Notes under the pieces: generated by a model | Told to the model about the DNA's origin: nothing | The model's input: only the letters and a program-made list of their open reading frames with translations | The model's database searches: none | Made by a program: the position numbers and the translations under genes | In this document: one piece after another, positions 1-9,956 of the stretch | Layout of the letters: each line of letters opens with the position of its first letter | Position numbering within the stretch: the stretch's first letter is position 1 | Source of the DNA: Pseudomonadota bacterium | GTDB lineage: Bacteria > Pseudomonadota > Alphaproteobacteria > Acetobacterales > Acetobacteraceae | Direction: 5' to 3' | Length of the DNA stretch: 64,000 bases | Assembly (NCBI GenBank): GCA_021781835.1 | Contig: JAJXWD010000002.1 | Location: 21,288 to 85,287 of the forward strand

Positions 1-2
1 TG

Positions 3-671
3 CCTGGCTTGTGGCTGTATGTGGCGCTGTGCGGGGGCGTGGCGCTGGTGCTGGGGGCGAAGTTTTTGCTGTTTGTGGGCTTTTCGGCCGCGTTTGCCGC
101 CGCGCTGCTGCCGGTGGCGCTGGGAGATGCCGTGCGCCGCTGGGGCGAGACCAGGGCGGATCTGGCGCGCCGGGCACGGTGGGGGGCGTTGTTTTTGGTG
201 CTGGGTGTGCCGGAGCTGGCCTTGGCCTTGGGGCCGCCAATGGCTGATTCGGGCGCGGCGAATGGCGCGGCGGGGCGGGTGTTTCCGAGCTGCGCGCTGC
301 GCGATGTGGCGCCGCTGCTGCGGCCCGCCGCCGGGCAGGTGGTGCTGGCGGGGCCGGAAGATACGCCGGAGCTGCTCTACCGTACCCAAGTGCTGACCGT
401 GGGCTCGCTGTTTCACCATGGCGTGCCGGGCTATTTGCGCGACCGCGCGGCCTGGCGGGCGGCGCCGGGCATGGTGGAGCCACCCGCGCTGAAGGCCGCC
501 AACGTGGCCTATGTGCTGTTTTGCCCGCGCGCGGCGCGCTACGCGCTGGTGGCCGATTTGCCCATGGGCACGACCTTGTGGGACGCGCTGGAGGCGGGTG
601 ACCCGCCGCCCTGGCTGGCGCCCGTGGGCCAGGACGGCGCGGGCTGGCGGCTTTACCGGGTTATGAGGTGA
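3..671 (+). CDS. 5'-truncated membrane protein, probable C-terminal part of a GT-C-fold glycosyltransferase-like protein
   Basis: Frame is open from the window edge. Hydrophobic helices are followed by a soluble tail (GPEDTPELLYRT..GSLFHHG..YVLFCP..LWDALEAGDPPPWL) that I recall from alphaproteobacterial GT-C-like membrane proteins. Family is inferred. Confidence 0.5.
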   Translation, partial: PGLWLYVALCGGVALVLGAKFLLFVGFSAAFAAALLPVALGDAVRRWGETRADLARRARWGALFLVLGVPELALALGPPMADSGAANGAAGRVFPSCALRDVAPLLRPAAGQVVLAGPEDTPELLYRTQVLTVGSLFHHGVPGYLRDRAAWRAAPGMVEPPALKAANVAYVLFCPRAARYALVADLPMGTTLWDALEAGDPPPWLAPVGQDGAGWRLYRVMR

Positions 672-1749
672 GCGGCGGCAAGGCCAGGCGCCCACCGCTC
701 AAGGGCGTGGGCACGCCGGTGGTGGTGGGCAGGGAAAGCGCCAGCCCCCGGCGCGAGCGCACCGCCAGATAGGCGAAACATTGGGCTTCCAGGGCATCGC
801 CATTCCAGCCCACCGCCTCGACCGGCTGAACCGGCACGGGGAAGCGCCGGGCAAGCTCGGCCATGATGGCGCGGTTATGGCGCCCGCCACCCGTGACCAG
901 CACGCGGACCGGCGGGGCGGGCACGGGCGCGGCCTTGATGGCGGCGGCGGTGAAGGCGGCCAGGGTGGCGGCGGCATCAGGCGGGGCGAGGCCGCCGGTC
1001 GCGCGGGAGATGAGGGTTTGGAAGCTTAGGCGGTCGAGCGATTTGGGGGCGGGACGGGCGAAGAACGGATCGGCGAGGAGGGTGCGAAGGCGGGCTTCAT
1101 CGACCGTGCCGGAGGCGGCGAAGGCGCCGTTTTCATCAAAGGCGGCGCCGAGATGGCGTTGTGCCAGATCATCGAGCGGGCCGTTGCCAGGGCCGGAATC
1201 GAGCGCGATGATTTCGCCGCCCGCTCCCAGCCAGGTGATGTTGGCGACCCCGCCGATATTGACGATGAGCAAGGGTTTGGGCAGCGCCGCCGCCAGGGCC
1301 GCGTGGAACAGCGGCACGAGGGGCGCGCCCTCGCCGCCATGGACGACATCGTTTGAGCGGAAATCATGCACGACGGGGATGCGCGTGATGCGGGCCAGCA
1401 GGGGGGCATTGCCGATTTGCCAGGTGCGGCGCTGTTGGGGGGCGTGCAGGATGGTTTGGCCGTGAAAGCCGATGAGGTCGGCGGCGCGGCCGGTCATGCT
1501 CACGGCGATGGCGTGGTCGCGGGTTAAGCGGTCTTCGACGGTTTGGAGGAACGGATCATCGGGCGTCAGGCGGGGGGCGAGGTCGAGCAGGCGGCGGAGA
1601 TCGGCGCGCAGATCGTCTTGGTAGAGCAGGGTGACGGCGGGGCCGAAGCGGGTGATGGTCAGGCCATCGGTCTCGAGCCAGGCGGCATCGACCCCATCGA
1701 GCGAGGTGCCGGACATGAGGCCGATGGCGCGGAGTGGTTTGTGGGGCAT
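661..1749 (-). CDS. anmK: Anhydro-N-acetylmuramic acid kinase
   Basis: IGLMSGTSLDGVD, GFHGQT, DFRSND..GGEGAPLVP, NIGGVAN, DSGPGN, GGGRHN and EAQCFAYLA motifs. Confidence 0.97.
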   Translation of the reverse strand: MPHKPLRAIGLMSGTSLDGVDAAWLETDGLTITRFGPAVTLLYQDDLRADLRRLLDLAPRLTPDDPFLQTVEDRLTRDHAIAVSMTGRAADLIGFHGQTILHAPQQRRTWQIGNAPLLARITRIPVVHDFRSNDVVHGGEGAPLVPLFHAALAAALPKPLLIVNIGGVANITWLGAGGEIIALDSGPGNGPLDDLAQRHLGAAFDENGAFAASGTVDEARLRTLLADPFFARPAPKSLDRLSFQTLISRATGGLAPPDAAATLAAFTAAAIKAAPVPAPPVRVLVTGGGRHNRAIMAELARRFPVPVQPVEAVGWNGDALEAQCFAYLAVRSRRGLALSLPTTTGVPTPLSGGRLALPPLTS

Positions 1750-1806
1750 GAATGGGCTGTAGCGCCCCGTGCCACCGACAGGAAGGGGTGTTCATGGCCA
1801 GGGTGG

Positions 1807-1838
1807 TATCCGAGCAAATGGGCATATTTGCTCGGATA
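1807..1838. repeat. Perfect 13-bp inverted repeat (REP/MITE-like palindrome)
   Basis: TATCCGAGCAAAT-gggcat-ATTTGCTCGGATA in the anmK / GT87 divergent spacer. Confidence 0.8.
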
Positions 1839-1906
1839 ATGTTACGCGTTTAAACAAAGAGTTGGAACGGTTTGGGCGGCGATTGCGGCAGGCGTGGGGG
1901 GACACG

Positions 1907-3145
1907 ATGGCGGAAGGGCGGAGGGGCGCGGCGAAGCGGGCATGGCAGGCGGTTTGCTGGGGCGTATTCGGCTTCTTTTGGCTCGTCATTCTGAATGTTT
2001 TTTGGACCAAAATGGCGCCTCGGCTGGCTTATCTGACAGGCCAGAGGGCGATCGCCAATGATCCCCCCTGCAGTACGCCTGAATGTGATTTTTCGGCGTT
2101 TTGGCCGGCTGGGATGCTGGCGCGGCACGGGCGGTTTGAACATATATACAATGCGGCGTTGTTCCTGGCCTATCAGCGCGAGGTAATTGCCAAAACGGCC
2201 AACTTGGACGCGTTTTTCTACCCGCCTCCGATGCTGCTTCCCAGCGTTTTGATTTCTTATCCGCCGTTTGAATGGGCTTTTTTTGTTTGGACGGCGGGAG
2301 GAATGATAGCGGCCTCATGGCTGCTGCGCCGGGCTGGGCTGTCGTGGCCCGTGATTGTTCTGGGGCTGCTCAGTCCGGCTTCGTTATGGAATACCGAGCT
2401 TGGGCAGGTTGGCGTGATTGGCGGCGCCATATTGCTTGCGGGCACCTTATCGGCGGCCCGTTCGCCATTGCGGGCCGGGGGGTTGCTGGGCCTGCTGGTC
2501 TGCAAGCCGCAAACGGGGGTAATGGTGCCGGCCTTGCTGATAGGGCAGCGCAACTGGCGGGCACTGCTGGGCTTTGGGGCGGTCTGCCTCGCGCTGCTTT
2601 TGGCAACATGGCTGGTGTTTGGCCCGGCATGCTGGCACGCTTACCTGATAAGCGGCGGACCGCGGACCGCTCAGGTTATGAACGTTGCCTTCAATCCATG
2701 GGTCTATATGGGAGATGGTGTTTCCGTCTTCTGGATGATGCGAAGTCTGGGGGCGGGAGTGACGGTGGCTTACGCCGTTCAGGGAATATGCGCGCTGCTC
2801 TGCATGGTGGCTGTTGTCTGGCTGTGGCGAAAGCCCTGGGGGGGAGCGCTAGAGAGAGTGGCATTGACAATCTTTTTGGCATTGCTGACCACGCCATACG
2901 GGTATGGCGATGACATGGCCGCGTTTTCCTGGATGCTGGCGGCGCTCGCGGAGCAGCGCGGCTGGCGGATTGGGATCCTCGATACGTTGTTTTGGATTTG
3001 GCCGATGGCATGCCAGATCGTGGCAGAGAAAACGGGCGTTTTGCTGACGCCCTTGGTGGTGGTGCTCGTTTTGGTCCGGACGATCCATGATGGGCGGCAT
3101 GGGGGTGATGAAACCGCCAGGTTGGCACCATGTACCGCTGTCTGA
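1907..3145 (+). CDS. GT87/DUF2029-family membrane glycosyltransferase, paralog 1
   Basis: CDFSAFW, FFYPPP, GQ, CKPQTG and TPYGYGDDM motifs, about 10 TM segments. ATG at 1907 follows a G-rich SD; the ORF-track start at 1769 is probably too long. Confidence 0.85.
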   Translation: MAEGRRGAAKRAWQAVCWGVFGFFWLVILNVFWTKMAPRLAYLTGQRAIANDPPCSTPECDFSAFWPAGMLARHGRFEHIYNAALFLAYQREVIAKTANLDAFFYPPPMLLPSVLISYPPFEWAFFVWTAGGMIAASWLLRRAGLSWPVIVLGLLSPASLWNTELGQVGVIGGAILLAGTLSAARSPLRAGGLLGLLVCKPQTGVMVPALLIGQRNWRALLGFGAVCLALLLATWLVFGPACWHAYLISGGPRTAQVMNVAFNPWVYMGDGVSVFWMMRSLGAGVTVAYAVQGICALLCMVAVVWLWRKPWGGALERVALTIFLALLTTPYGYGDDMAAFSWMLAALAEQRGWRIGILDTLFWIWPMACQIVAEKTGVLLTPLVVVLVLVRTIHDGRHGGDETARLAPCTAV

Positions 3146-4368
3146 TCCGCTACGGCCAGATCGCGGGCCGGTTGACCGCCTGGTTTGGCTTGACGGCCTT
3201 TTGGGCCTTGTGGATCGGGGTGTTTGTTCACTACATGGCGCCCAGACTGGGCTATTTCGTGCCCGGCGCGCTGATTGGCAATGATCAGCCTTGCGGCCGG
3301 CCGGAATGTGATTTTACCGATTTCTGGCGGGCGGGGCTGAGTGTCAGGTTTTCGCCGGGGGCGCTGCGCGGGCTGGTGCCGCCGTTGCGGCCAGGAACAT
3401 TATTTCCGTTGCCGGGTGGGTATCATGAGGGGTTTCCTTATCCGCCGCCGGCGCTGCTGCCGGCTGACCTCGTGTCGCACCTGCCGTTCGAGGCTGGGTT
3501 TTTGGCCTGGACCTTGGTTTGGGCCGTGCTGGCGGTTTGCTTGTGGCGGTGGGCCGGGCTCTCCTGGCTGGTGATCATGGCGAGCCTGCTCAGCCCGGCG
3601 GCGCTGTGGAACACCATGCTCGGGCAATTAGGGGTGATTGGCGGGGCCATCTTGGTGGCCGGGCTACTGAAGGGGGCGGCGCGCCCAACGAGCGCGGGGG
3701 CATGGCTGGGGCTGCTCGCCTGCAAGCCCCAAACCGGAATTCTGGTGCCGGCCGCGTTGCTCGGTCAGCGCTCATGGCGCGGCATTTACGGGTTTGCGGG
3801 GATGGTGGCTCTGCTGGTGGCGATGACAATGCTGCTGTTTGGCCCATCGGTCTGGCTGGGGTATTTCGGCCATGGGCAGGCAGGGGCGGCCACGCTGCTC
3901 GATGCCGGGTTCGCCCCGCGCACGGCCCAGGCTTCGGGGGTTTCTGTGTTTTGGGCGCTGCGCAGCCTGCATGCCGGGACCGGCTTGGCGGGGGTGGGGC
4001 AAATGGGCGTCTCGGCCTTGGTTATGGCCTTTGTGATGTGGCTGTGGGCACAAGCGCGGCTGGACCGGCACGATAAGGTGGCGCTGACCGTGCTGCTTTC
4101 GCTCCTGGCCACGCCTTATGGCTATACCGACGACATGGTCGCCGGTTCGGTTATGCTGGCCGTGCTGGCCGAGCGGCGCGGCTGGCGGATTGGTTTGGCG
4201 GATGTGGCCTTTTGGTTGTGGCCGGCATTATGCCCAACCGTTTCGTTGCTGAGCGGCGTGCTGTTCACGCCCCTGGTTGTGGCGCTGGCGGCGTGGCGTG
4301 TGTGGCGGGCGGCGGCTTTGCGGCGCGCGGTCGCTGTGCTACCCGCCACGCCCACAGGAGCACGATGA
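3130..4368 (+). CDS. GT87/DUF2029-family membrane glycosyltransferase, paralog 2
   Basis: CDFTDFW, FPYPPP, GQ, CKPQTG and TPYGYTDDM motifs, collinear with paralog 1. Confidence 0.85.
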   Translation: MYRCLIRYGQIAGRLTAWFGLTAFWALWIGVFVHYMAPRLGYFVPGALIGNDQPCGRPECDFTDFWRAGLSVRFSPGALRGLVPPLRPGTLFPLPGGYHEGFPYPPPALLPADLVSHLPFEAGFLAWTLVWAVLAVCLWRWAGLSWLVIMASLLSPAALWNTMLGQLGVIGGAILVAGLLKGAARPTSAGAWLGLLACKPQTGILVPAALLGQRSWRGIYGFAGMVALLVAMTMLLFGPSVWLGYFGHGQAGAATLLDAGFAPRTAQASGVSVFWALRSLHAGTGLAGVGQMGVSALVMAFVMWLWAQARLDRHDKVALTVLLSLLATPYGYTDDMVAGSVMLAVLAERRGWRIGLADVAFWLWPALCPTVSLLSGVLFTPLVVALAAWRVWRAAALRRAVAVLPATPTGAR

Positions 4369-5591
4369 TGGCAAAGAGTGGATTTTTGGCCGAGGCGAAG
4401 GCGCGCGGCTTTGTTTTTCAATGCACCGACGAGGCGGCGCTGGATGAGGCTTGCGCCACGGGCTCGATCGCGGGGTATGCGGGGTTCGATCTGACCGCGG
4501 ATTCGCTGCATGTCGGGCATATGATTCCCATCATGCTGCTGCGCCTGTTTCAAAAACACGGGCATAAGCCGGTGGCGCTGCTGGGCGGGGGGACGACGCG
4601 GATCGGCGATCCCTCGTTCCGCGAGGAGGCGCGCCAGCTTTTGACCGAGGAGCGGATCGCCGAAAATCTTGTCGGGATTCGCAGGAACCTTGAGGCGTTT
4701 ATTGATTTTTCAAGCAATGCCGTGCTGGTCAACAATGCCGATTGGCTGGACCAGCTCTCTTATATCGCGCTGCTGCGCGATGTGGGTGTGCATTTCTCGG
4801 TCAACCGCATGCTGTCTTTTGACTCGGTCAAGCAGCGGCTGGAGCGCGAGCAGGGGCTGACCTTTTTGGAGTTCAACTACTCCATTTTGCAATCCTACGA
4901 TTTCCGCGAGCTGCTGCGGCGGGAAAATGTGGTGTTGCAGATGGGCGGCTCGGACCAGTGGGGGAATATCGTCTCCGGGATCGAGCTGGTGCGGCGCACC
5001 GAGCAGAAAAGCGTGTTTGGGCTGACCACGCCGCTGATCACCACCGCGTCGGGCGCCAAGATGGGCAAGTCGGCCTCGGGGGCGGTGTGGCTCGCGGCTG
5101 AGAAGCTGAGCCCTTATAATTACTGGCAGTTCTGGCGAAACACCGAGGATGCCGATGTCGGGCGGTTTTTGCGCCTGTTCACCGATCTGGCGCTCGACGA
5201 GATCGCCCGGCTCGAGGCGCTGGGCGGGGCCGAGCTGAACCAGGCCAAGATTGTGCTGGCCACCGAGGCCACCGCGCTTTGTCATGGGCGCATAGCGGCT
5301 CTGGAAGCCGCCGAGACCGCGCGCAAGCTGTTTACCGAAGGGGTGGCGGCGGGCAGCCTGCCCAGCATCACCATCCCCGCCGCCGAATTTGGCGAGGGGA
5401 TGCCGGCTTTCGCGCTGCTGGTGAAGGCCGGGCTGGCCGCCAGCAATGGCGAGGCCAGGCGGTTGATCCGGGGCGGGGGCGCGCGGCTGGATGATGCGGT
5501 GATTGCCGATGAGGCGCAGATGATCGCGCCCAAGGCCGAGCAGAAGCTCTCGGCCGGCAAGAAGCAGCATGTGCGGGTGCTGCTGGGCTAA
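4368..5591 (+). CDS. tyrS: Tyrosine--tRNA ligase
   Basis: HVGH (HIGH), [11 protein letters not shown] and KMGKS motifs plus a C-terminal S4-like domain. SD AGGAG at 4356-4360; start is ATG 4368 or 4365. Confidence 0.98.
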   Translation: MAKSGFLAEAKARGFVFQCTDEAALDEACATGSIAGYAGFDLTADSLHVGHMIPIMLLRLFQKHGHKPVALLGGGTTRIGDPSFREEARQLLTEERIAENLVGIRRNLEAFIDFSSNAVLVNNADWLDQLSYIALLRDVGVHFSVNRMLSFDSVKQRLEREQGLTFLEFNYSILQSYDFRELLRRENVVLQMGGSDQWGNIVSGIELVRRTEQKSVFGLTTPLITTASGAKMGKSASGAVWLAAEKLSPYNYWQFWRNTEDADVGRFLRLFTDLALDEIARLEALGGAELNQAKIVLATEATALCHGRIAALEAAETARKLFTEGVAAGSLPSITIPAAEFGEGMPAFALLVKAGLAASNGEARRLIRGGGARLDDAVIADEAQMIAPKAEQKLSAGKKQHVRVLLG

Positions 5592-6487
5592 ACGCCGAGG
5601 GCGCGGTGGGGCCAGGGATTGGCCCCGCCTTGCAGCCATTTGACGCTCTGGGCCCAGAAATCATCTTTGTGGCGGGCATGGAACAGGCCGAAATGGCCGA
5701 TTTTTTCGTGGCCGAAATCGGCGGGGTGGAGCATGACCGCCTGTTTGCGCGCGCTGGTGTAATAGGCGAGCGTGCGCCTGATGGCGGGGAGGGTGGCGAA
5801 TTCATCGTCGCTGAGCGTGACCGCCAAGATGGGGGCGGTGACGGTGCTAAAGCGGCGCAGGATTTCGGGGCGCTCATGGGGCGGGTGGGTGCGCTCCATC
5901 AAAGCGCCCCGGAAGCTCCATTCGTAAGCCACGCCCTTGGGCAGATCTTCCAGCCAGCCGAGTTTTTTGCCCGGAAAATAGCCGTAGAGCGCGGTGAGGG
6001 CAGGCATGGCCAGATGCCATTTGGCCAGCAGGCCGAGGCGCTTTTGGGCTGCATAGTCGGGCCAGAAGGCATATTGGGCGCCGACCGTGAGCAGGCGGGT
6101 GAGGGCGGCGGCGTTGGCGGCGAGGCCGGGCAAATAGCCGCCGATGGAATGGCCCACGCATAGCAGCGGTGAGCCGGGAGCGGCGGCTTGGGCGAAGCCG
6201 AGCGCGGCCGCGAAATCGAGCATGCCCCAGTCACGCCATTTATAGCCGCAGCCGCGCAGGCTGGCCGGGCGCGAGGCGCCGATGCCGCGATAATCATAGG
6301 TGAGGGCGCTGAAGCGGTGCGCGGTGAGAAATTGCGCGTAACGGTGATAATAATCGGCGCGCACGCCGGTGGCCGGGTTGATGATGACGAGGCCCGTGCT
6401 TTCGCCGGGCGCGGGCCAGAGATGACCGGAGAGGCAAAGCCCGTCTTCACACGCGATTTGCACGGGTCTGGCGCGGGTGATGGTCAA
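5588..6487 (-). CDS. Alpha/beta-fold hydrolase (predicted, COG4757-like)
   Basis: YDYRGIG, nucleophile GHSIGG, DDEFA and IGHFG motifs. Confidence 0.85.
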   Translation of the reverse strand: MTITRARPVQIACEDGLCLSGHLWPAPGESTGLVIINPATGVRADYYHRYAQFLTAHRFSALTYDYRGIGASRPASLRGCGYKWRDWGMLDFAAALGFAQAAAPGSPLLCVGHSIGGYLPGLAANAAALTRLLTVGAQYAFWPDYAAQKRLGLLAKWHLAMPALTALYGYFPGKKLGWLEDLPKGVAYEWSFRGALMERTHPPHERPEILRRFSTVTAPILAVTLSDDEFATLPAIRRTLAYYTSARKQAVMLHPADFGHEKIGHFGLFHARHKDDFWAQSVKWLQGGANPWPHRALGV

Positions 6488-6620
6488 AATCGGCTCCCCT
6501 TGGCAAAGTTTTGGGCATCATGCGCGCGATGCGGGAATTTTGCACGCGCCGGCCCGTGCGCGATGCGTTGCAAAACAGCCCTGAGCATGGTGAAGCTAAG
6601 GTGAAACCCGAGGAGCCTGC

Positions 6621-9600
6621 ATGTCCATTCACGCTGCCATCACGCACCGCACCTCTTATAAATACGATCATCTGGTTACCATGGGGCCGCAGGTGATCCG
6701 GCTGCGCCCGGCGCCTTATGCGCGCACCCCGATCGTGTCTTACGCGCTGAGCATTTCGCCAAAGCCGCATTTTTTGAACTGGCAGCAGGACCCGCAGGGG
6801 AATTTTCTGGCCCGCGTGGTGTTTCCCGAGCGGGTCAAGAGCTTTGAGGTCACGGTCGATCTGGTGGCCGATATGGCGACCATCAACCCGTTCGATTTTT
6901 TTCTGGAGCCCGAGGCCGAGACCTGGCCGTTTGAGTATCAGGAGGTGCTGGCCGAGGAACTGGCGCCCTTTCGGGTGCTGAACGAGCCCGGGCCGCTGCT
7001 GGCGAAATTTATTGAGGATGCGCGCGCGCAATTTGCCGATCAGGCGCCGCAGGTGGTGGATATGCTGGTCGAGGTCAACCGGCAGATTCATGAGCGCACG
7101 GAGTATGTGGTGCGCATGGAGCCGGGCGTGTTCTCGCCCGAGGAGACGCTGGCCGGGGCGAAGGGCTCGTGCCGCGATTCGGCCTGGCTGCTGGTGAATT
7201 TGCTCCGGCATTTGGGGTATGCGGCGCGGTTTGTGTCGGGGTATCTCATTCAGCTCACCGCCGACCAGAAGCCGGTGGATGGCGGGGCGGCCGGGCCCGA
7301 GACGGATTTTACCGATTTGCACGCCTGGGCGGAGGTTTATTTGCCCGGCGCCGGCTGGGTGGGGCTGGACGCGACCTCGGGCCTGCTGGCCGGGGAGGGG
7401 CATATTCCGCTGGCGGCGACGCCGAGCCCGCAATCGGCCGCGCCGATTTCGGGCGGATTCACCGGGCCGGACGGCACGGAGACGGAATTCGGGTTCCACA
7501 TGGAGGTGCGGCGCGTGCACGAGACGCCGCGCGTGACCAAGCCTTATACGCCGAAACAATGGCAGGATATTTTGGCCCGCGGCGCCGCCGTGGACCGGGC
7601 TTTACTGAAAAACGACGTGCGCCTGACCATGGGCGGCGAGCCGACCTTTGTTTCGGCCACCGACCATGAGGGGGCGGAGTGGAACATAGACGCGCTGGGG
7701 CCGACCAAGCGGGCTTATGCGGGGCGGCTGATCCGCAAGCTCACGCCGCTATGGGGCAAGGGCGCGGCGCTGACCTATAATATGGGCAAGCAATATCCTG
7801 GCGAGCCGCTGCCGCGCTGGGCCATTCATGCCCATTGGCGGGCGGATGGCGAGAAACTGTGGAAAAACCCCGAGTTGCTGGCCTCCGACGATGACCGCGA
7901 CACTGCCACCGCCGCCGATTCGGAGGCGTTTGCCCGCGCGCTGGCCGAGCGGTTGCGGGTGGATCCCGGGCTGGTGAACCAGGCGCATGAGGATGTTCAT
8001 TATTATCTGTGGCGCGAGAAGAGGCTGCCGGCCAATGTGATCGCGGAGGATGCCAGGCTTGGCGACCCGCTGGAGCGCGCGCGGCTGGCGCGGGTGTTTG
8101 GCCAGGGGCTGGCGGCCAGCGTGGGGGCGGTGCTGCCGCTGCGACGCGTGTGGATGGACGGCAACCGGCGCTGGCAGTCGGGCAAATGGTTTTTCCGCGA
8201 CGATGTGATGTTTTTGGTGCCGGGCGACTCGCCGCTGGGGCTGCGCCTGCCGCTCGACAGCCTGCCCTGGGCGGACCCGGCGCATGTTGAGCAGGATTTC
8301 GCGCCCGACCCGTTCGCGCCCAAGACCACGCTGCCCCGGCGTGATGCGATGCAGCGCGCGCGTATGGTCGAGGGGGGTGAGGGGCGGGGGACGATTGAGA
8401 ATTTCCGCCCCGTGCGGCAGGATTTGCCGGTGGTGGGGCGCGAGGAGCCGGGCCTGGTGCGCACCGCGCTTTGCGTGGAGGCGCGCGATGGGCTGATCCA
8501 TGTGTTTTATCCGCCGCTTTACGATGTGGAGGATTGGCTGGATTTGACCGCCGCCATCGAGGACACGGCGGCCGAGCTTGGGCGCAAGGTGGTGCTGGAA
8601 GGCTATTTGCCGCCCGAGGATGAGCGGGTGATCAATTTCTCGGTAACGCCCGATCCGGGCGTGATCGAGTGCAATATTCATCCGGCTGGAAGCTGGAGCC
8701 AGATGGCCGAGCGCACGGGCCAGCTTTACGAGGCCGCCCGCGAGGTGGGGCTCTCGGCCGAGAAATTCATGCTCGATGGCAAGCATGTGGGCACGGGCGG
8801 GGGCAACCATGTGGTGATGGGCGCGGCGAGCCCCGGCGAGAGCCCGTTTTTGCGCCGGCCGGACCTGCTGAAATCGATGCTGGGGTTTTGGCATAACCAT
8901 CCAAGCCTGAGCTTTTTGTTCTCGGGGCTGTTCATCGGGCCGTCCTCGCAGCATCCGCGCATCGACGAGGCGCGCGATGACGCGGTAAATGAGCTGGAAA
9001 TCGCCTTTCAGCAGCTGGGCAAGCAGGCCCAGACCCCGCCTTGGCTGGTGGACCGGCTGTTTCGCAATATTTTGGCCGATATGACCGGCAATGGCCATCG
9101 CACGGAGTTTTGCATCGACAAGCTCTATTCGCCCAATGGTGGGGCGGGGCGGCGGGGGCTGGTGGAATTTCGCGCCTTCGAGATGCCGCCGCATGCCGAA
9201 ATGTCGCTCGCGCAGATGCTGCTGATGCGCTCTTGCGTCGCGGCGTTTTGGGAGCGGCCTTATGAGCGCGCGCTGGTGCGCTGGGGTACCAGGCTGCATG
9301 ATGAGTTTTTGCTGCCCCATTATAATCAGGCGGATTTTTTCGGCGCGCTCGAGGAGCTTGGGGCTTACGGGTATCCGCTCGACAAGGCGTGGTTCGCGCC
9401 GCATGTCGAGTTCCGGTTTCCCAAGCTCGGGGAGGCGGTGGTGCGCGATGTGCAGCTCGAGCTGCGCCATGCGCTGGAGCCCTGGCATGTGCTGGGCGAG
9501 GAGCAGACCTCGAGCGGTACGGCGCGCTATGTGGACAGCTCGGCCGAGCGTTTGCAAGTAAAAGTGAATGGCTGGGTGGATGAGCGCTATATCATGGCCG

Positions 9601-9956
9601 TGAACGGCGTGGCGCTGCCGATGCAGCGCACCGAGACCCAGGGCGAATATGTGGCCGGGGTGAGGTTTAAGGCGTGGCAGCCTTATTCGGCGCTGCACCC
9701 GACCATTTGGGCGCAGGGGCCGCTGGTGTTTGATGTTTATGACCGCTGGACCGGGCGCTCGCTGGGCGGCATGACCCATCATGTCGCGCATCCGGGCGGG
9801 CGGGCTTATGAGGATTTCCCGGTCAATTCCAACGCGGCCGAGGCGCGGCGGCGCTCGCGTTTCTGGGCGTTTGGCCATACGCCCGGGCCCTCGCCCGCGC
9901 CGAGACCCGCGCCGGGGCCTGAATATACCCGCACGCTCGATCTGCGCCGTGCTTAA
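6621..9956 (+). CDS. Transglutaminase-family protein fused to a DUF2126 putative amidoligase domain
   Basis: N-terminal H.T.Y.Y / IRLRP domain, catalytic GSCRDS, DLHAWAEVYLPGAGWVGLDAT; C-terminal LTMGGEPTFVS, VTPDPGVIECN, TGGGNH, HRTEFCIDKLY, GLVEFRAFEMPP. SD GAGGAG. Confidence 0.92.
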   Translation: MSIHAAITHRTSYKYDHLVTMGPQVIRLRPAPYARTPIVSYALSISPKPHFLNWQQDPQGNFLARVVFPERVKSFEVTVDLVADMATINPFDFFLEPEAETWPFEYQEVLAEELAPFRVLNEPGPLLAKFIEDARAQFADQAPQVVDMLVEVNRQIHERTEYVVRMEPGVFSPEETLAGAKGSCRDSAWLLVNLLRHLGYAARFVSGYLIQLTADQKPVDGGAAGPETDFTDLHAWAEVYLPGAGWVGLDATSGLLAGEGHIPLAATPSPQSAAPISGGFTGPDGTETEFGFHMEVRRVHETPRVTKPYTPKQWQDILARGAAVDRALLKNDVRLTMGGEPTFVSATDHEGAEWNIDALGPTKRAYAGRLIRKLTPLWGKGAALTYNMGKQYPGEPLPRWAIHAHWRADGEKLWKNPELLASDDDRDTATAADSEAFARALAERLRVDPGLVNQAHEDVHYYLWREKRLPANVIAEDARLGDPLERARLARVFGQGLAASVGAVLPLRRVWMDGNRRWQSGKWFFRDDVMFLVPGDSPLGLRLPLDSLPWADPAHVEQDFAPDPFAPKTTLPRRDAMQRARMVEGGEGRGTIENFRPVRQDLPVVGREEPGLVRTALCVEARDGLIHVFYPPLYDVEDWLDLTAAIEDTAAELGRKVVLEGYLPPEDERVINFSVTPDPGVIECNIHPAGSWSQMAERTGQLYEAAREVGLSAEKFMLDGKHVGTGGGNHVVMGAASPGESPFLRRPDLLKSMLGFWHNHPSLSFLFSGLFIGPSSQHPRIDEARDDAVNELEIAFQQLGKQAQTPPWLVDRLFRNILADMTGNGHRTEFCIDKLYSPNGGAGRRGLVEFRAFEMPPHAEMSLAQMLLMRSCVAAFWERPYERALVRWGTRLHDEFLLPHYNQADFFGALEELGAYGYPLDKAWFAPHVEFRFPKLGEAVVRDVQLELRHALEPWHVLGEEQTSSGTARYVDSSAERLQVKVNGWVDERYIMAVNGVALPMQRTETQGEYVAGVRFKAWQPYSALHPTIWAQGPLVFDVYDRWTGRSLGGMTHHVAHPGGRAYEDFPVNSNAAEARRRSRFWAFGHTPGPSPAPRPAPGPEYTRTLDLRRA

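Noticed and set aside
6500-6580. NtrC or sigma54 sites upstream of the transglutaminase
   Set aside because: TGC/GCA-rich, but the spacings do not fit TGC-N11-GCA or GG-N10-GC.
7749-9878. 709-aa minus-strand ORF
   Set aside because: Shadow of the transglutaminase gene.
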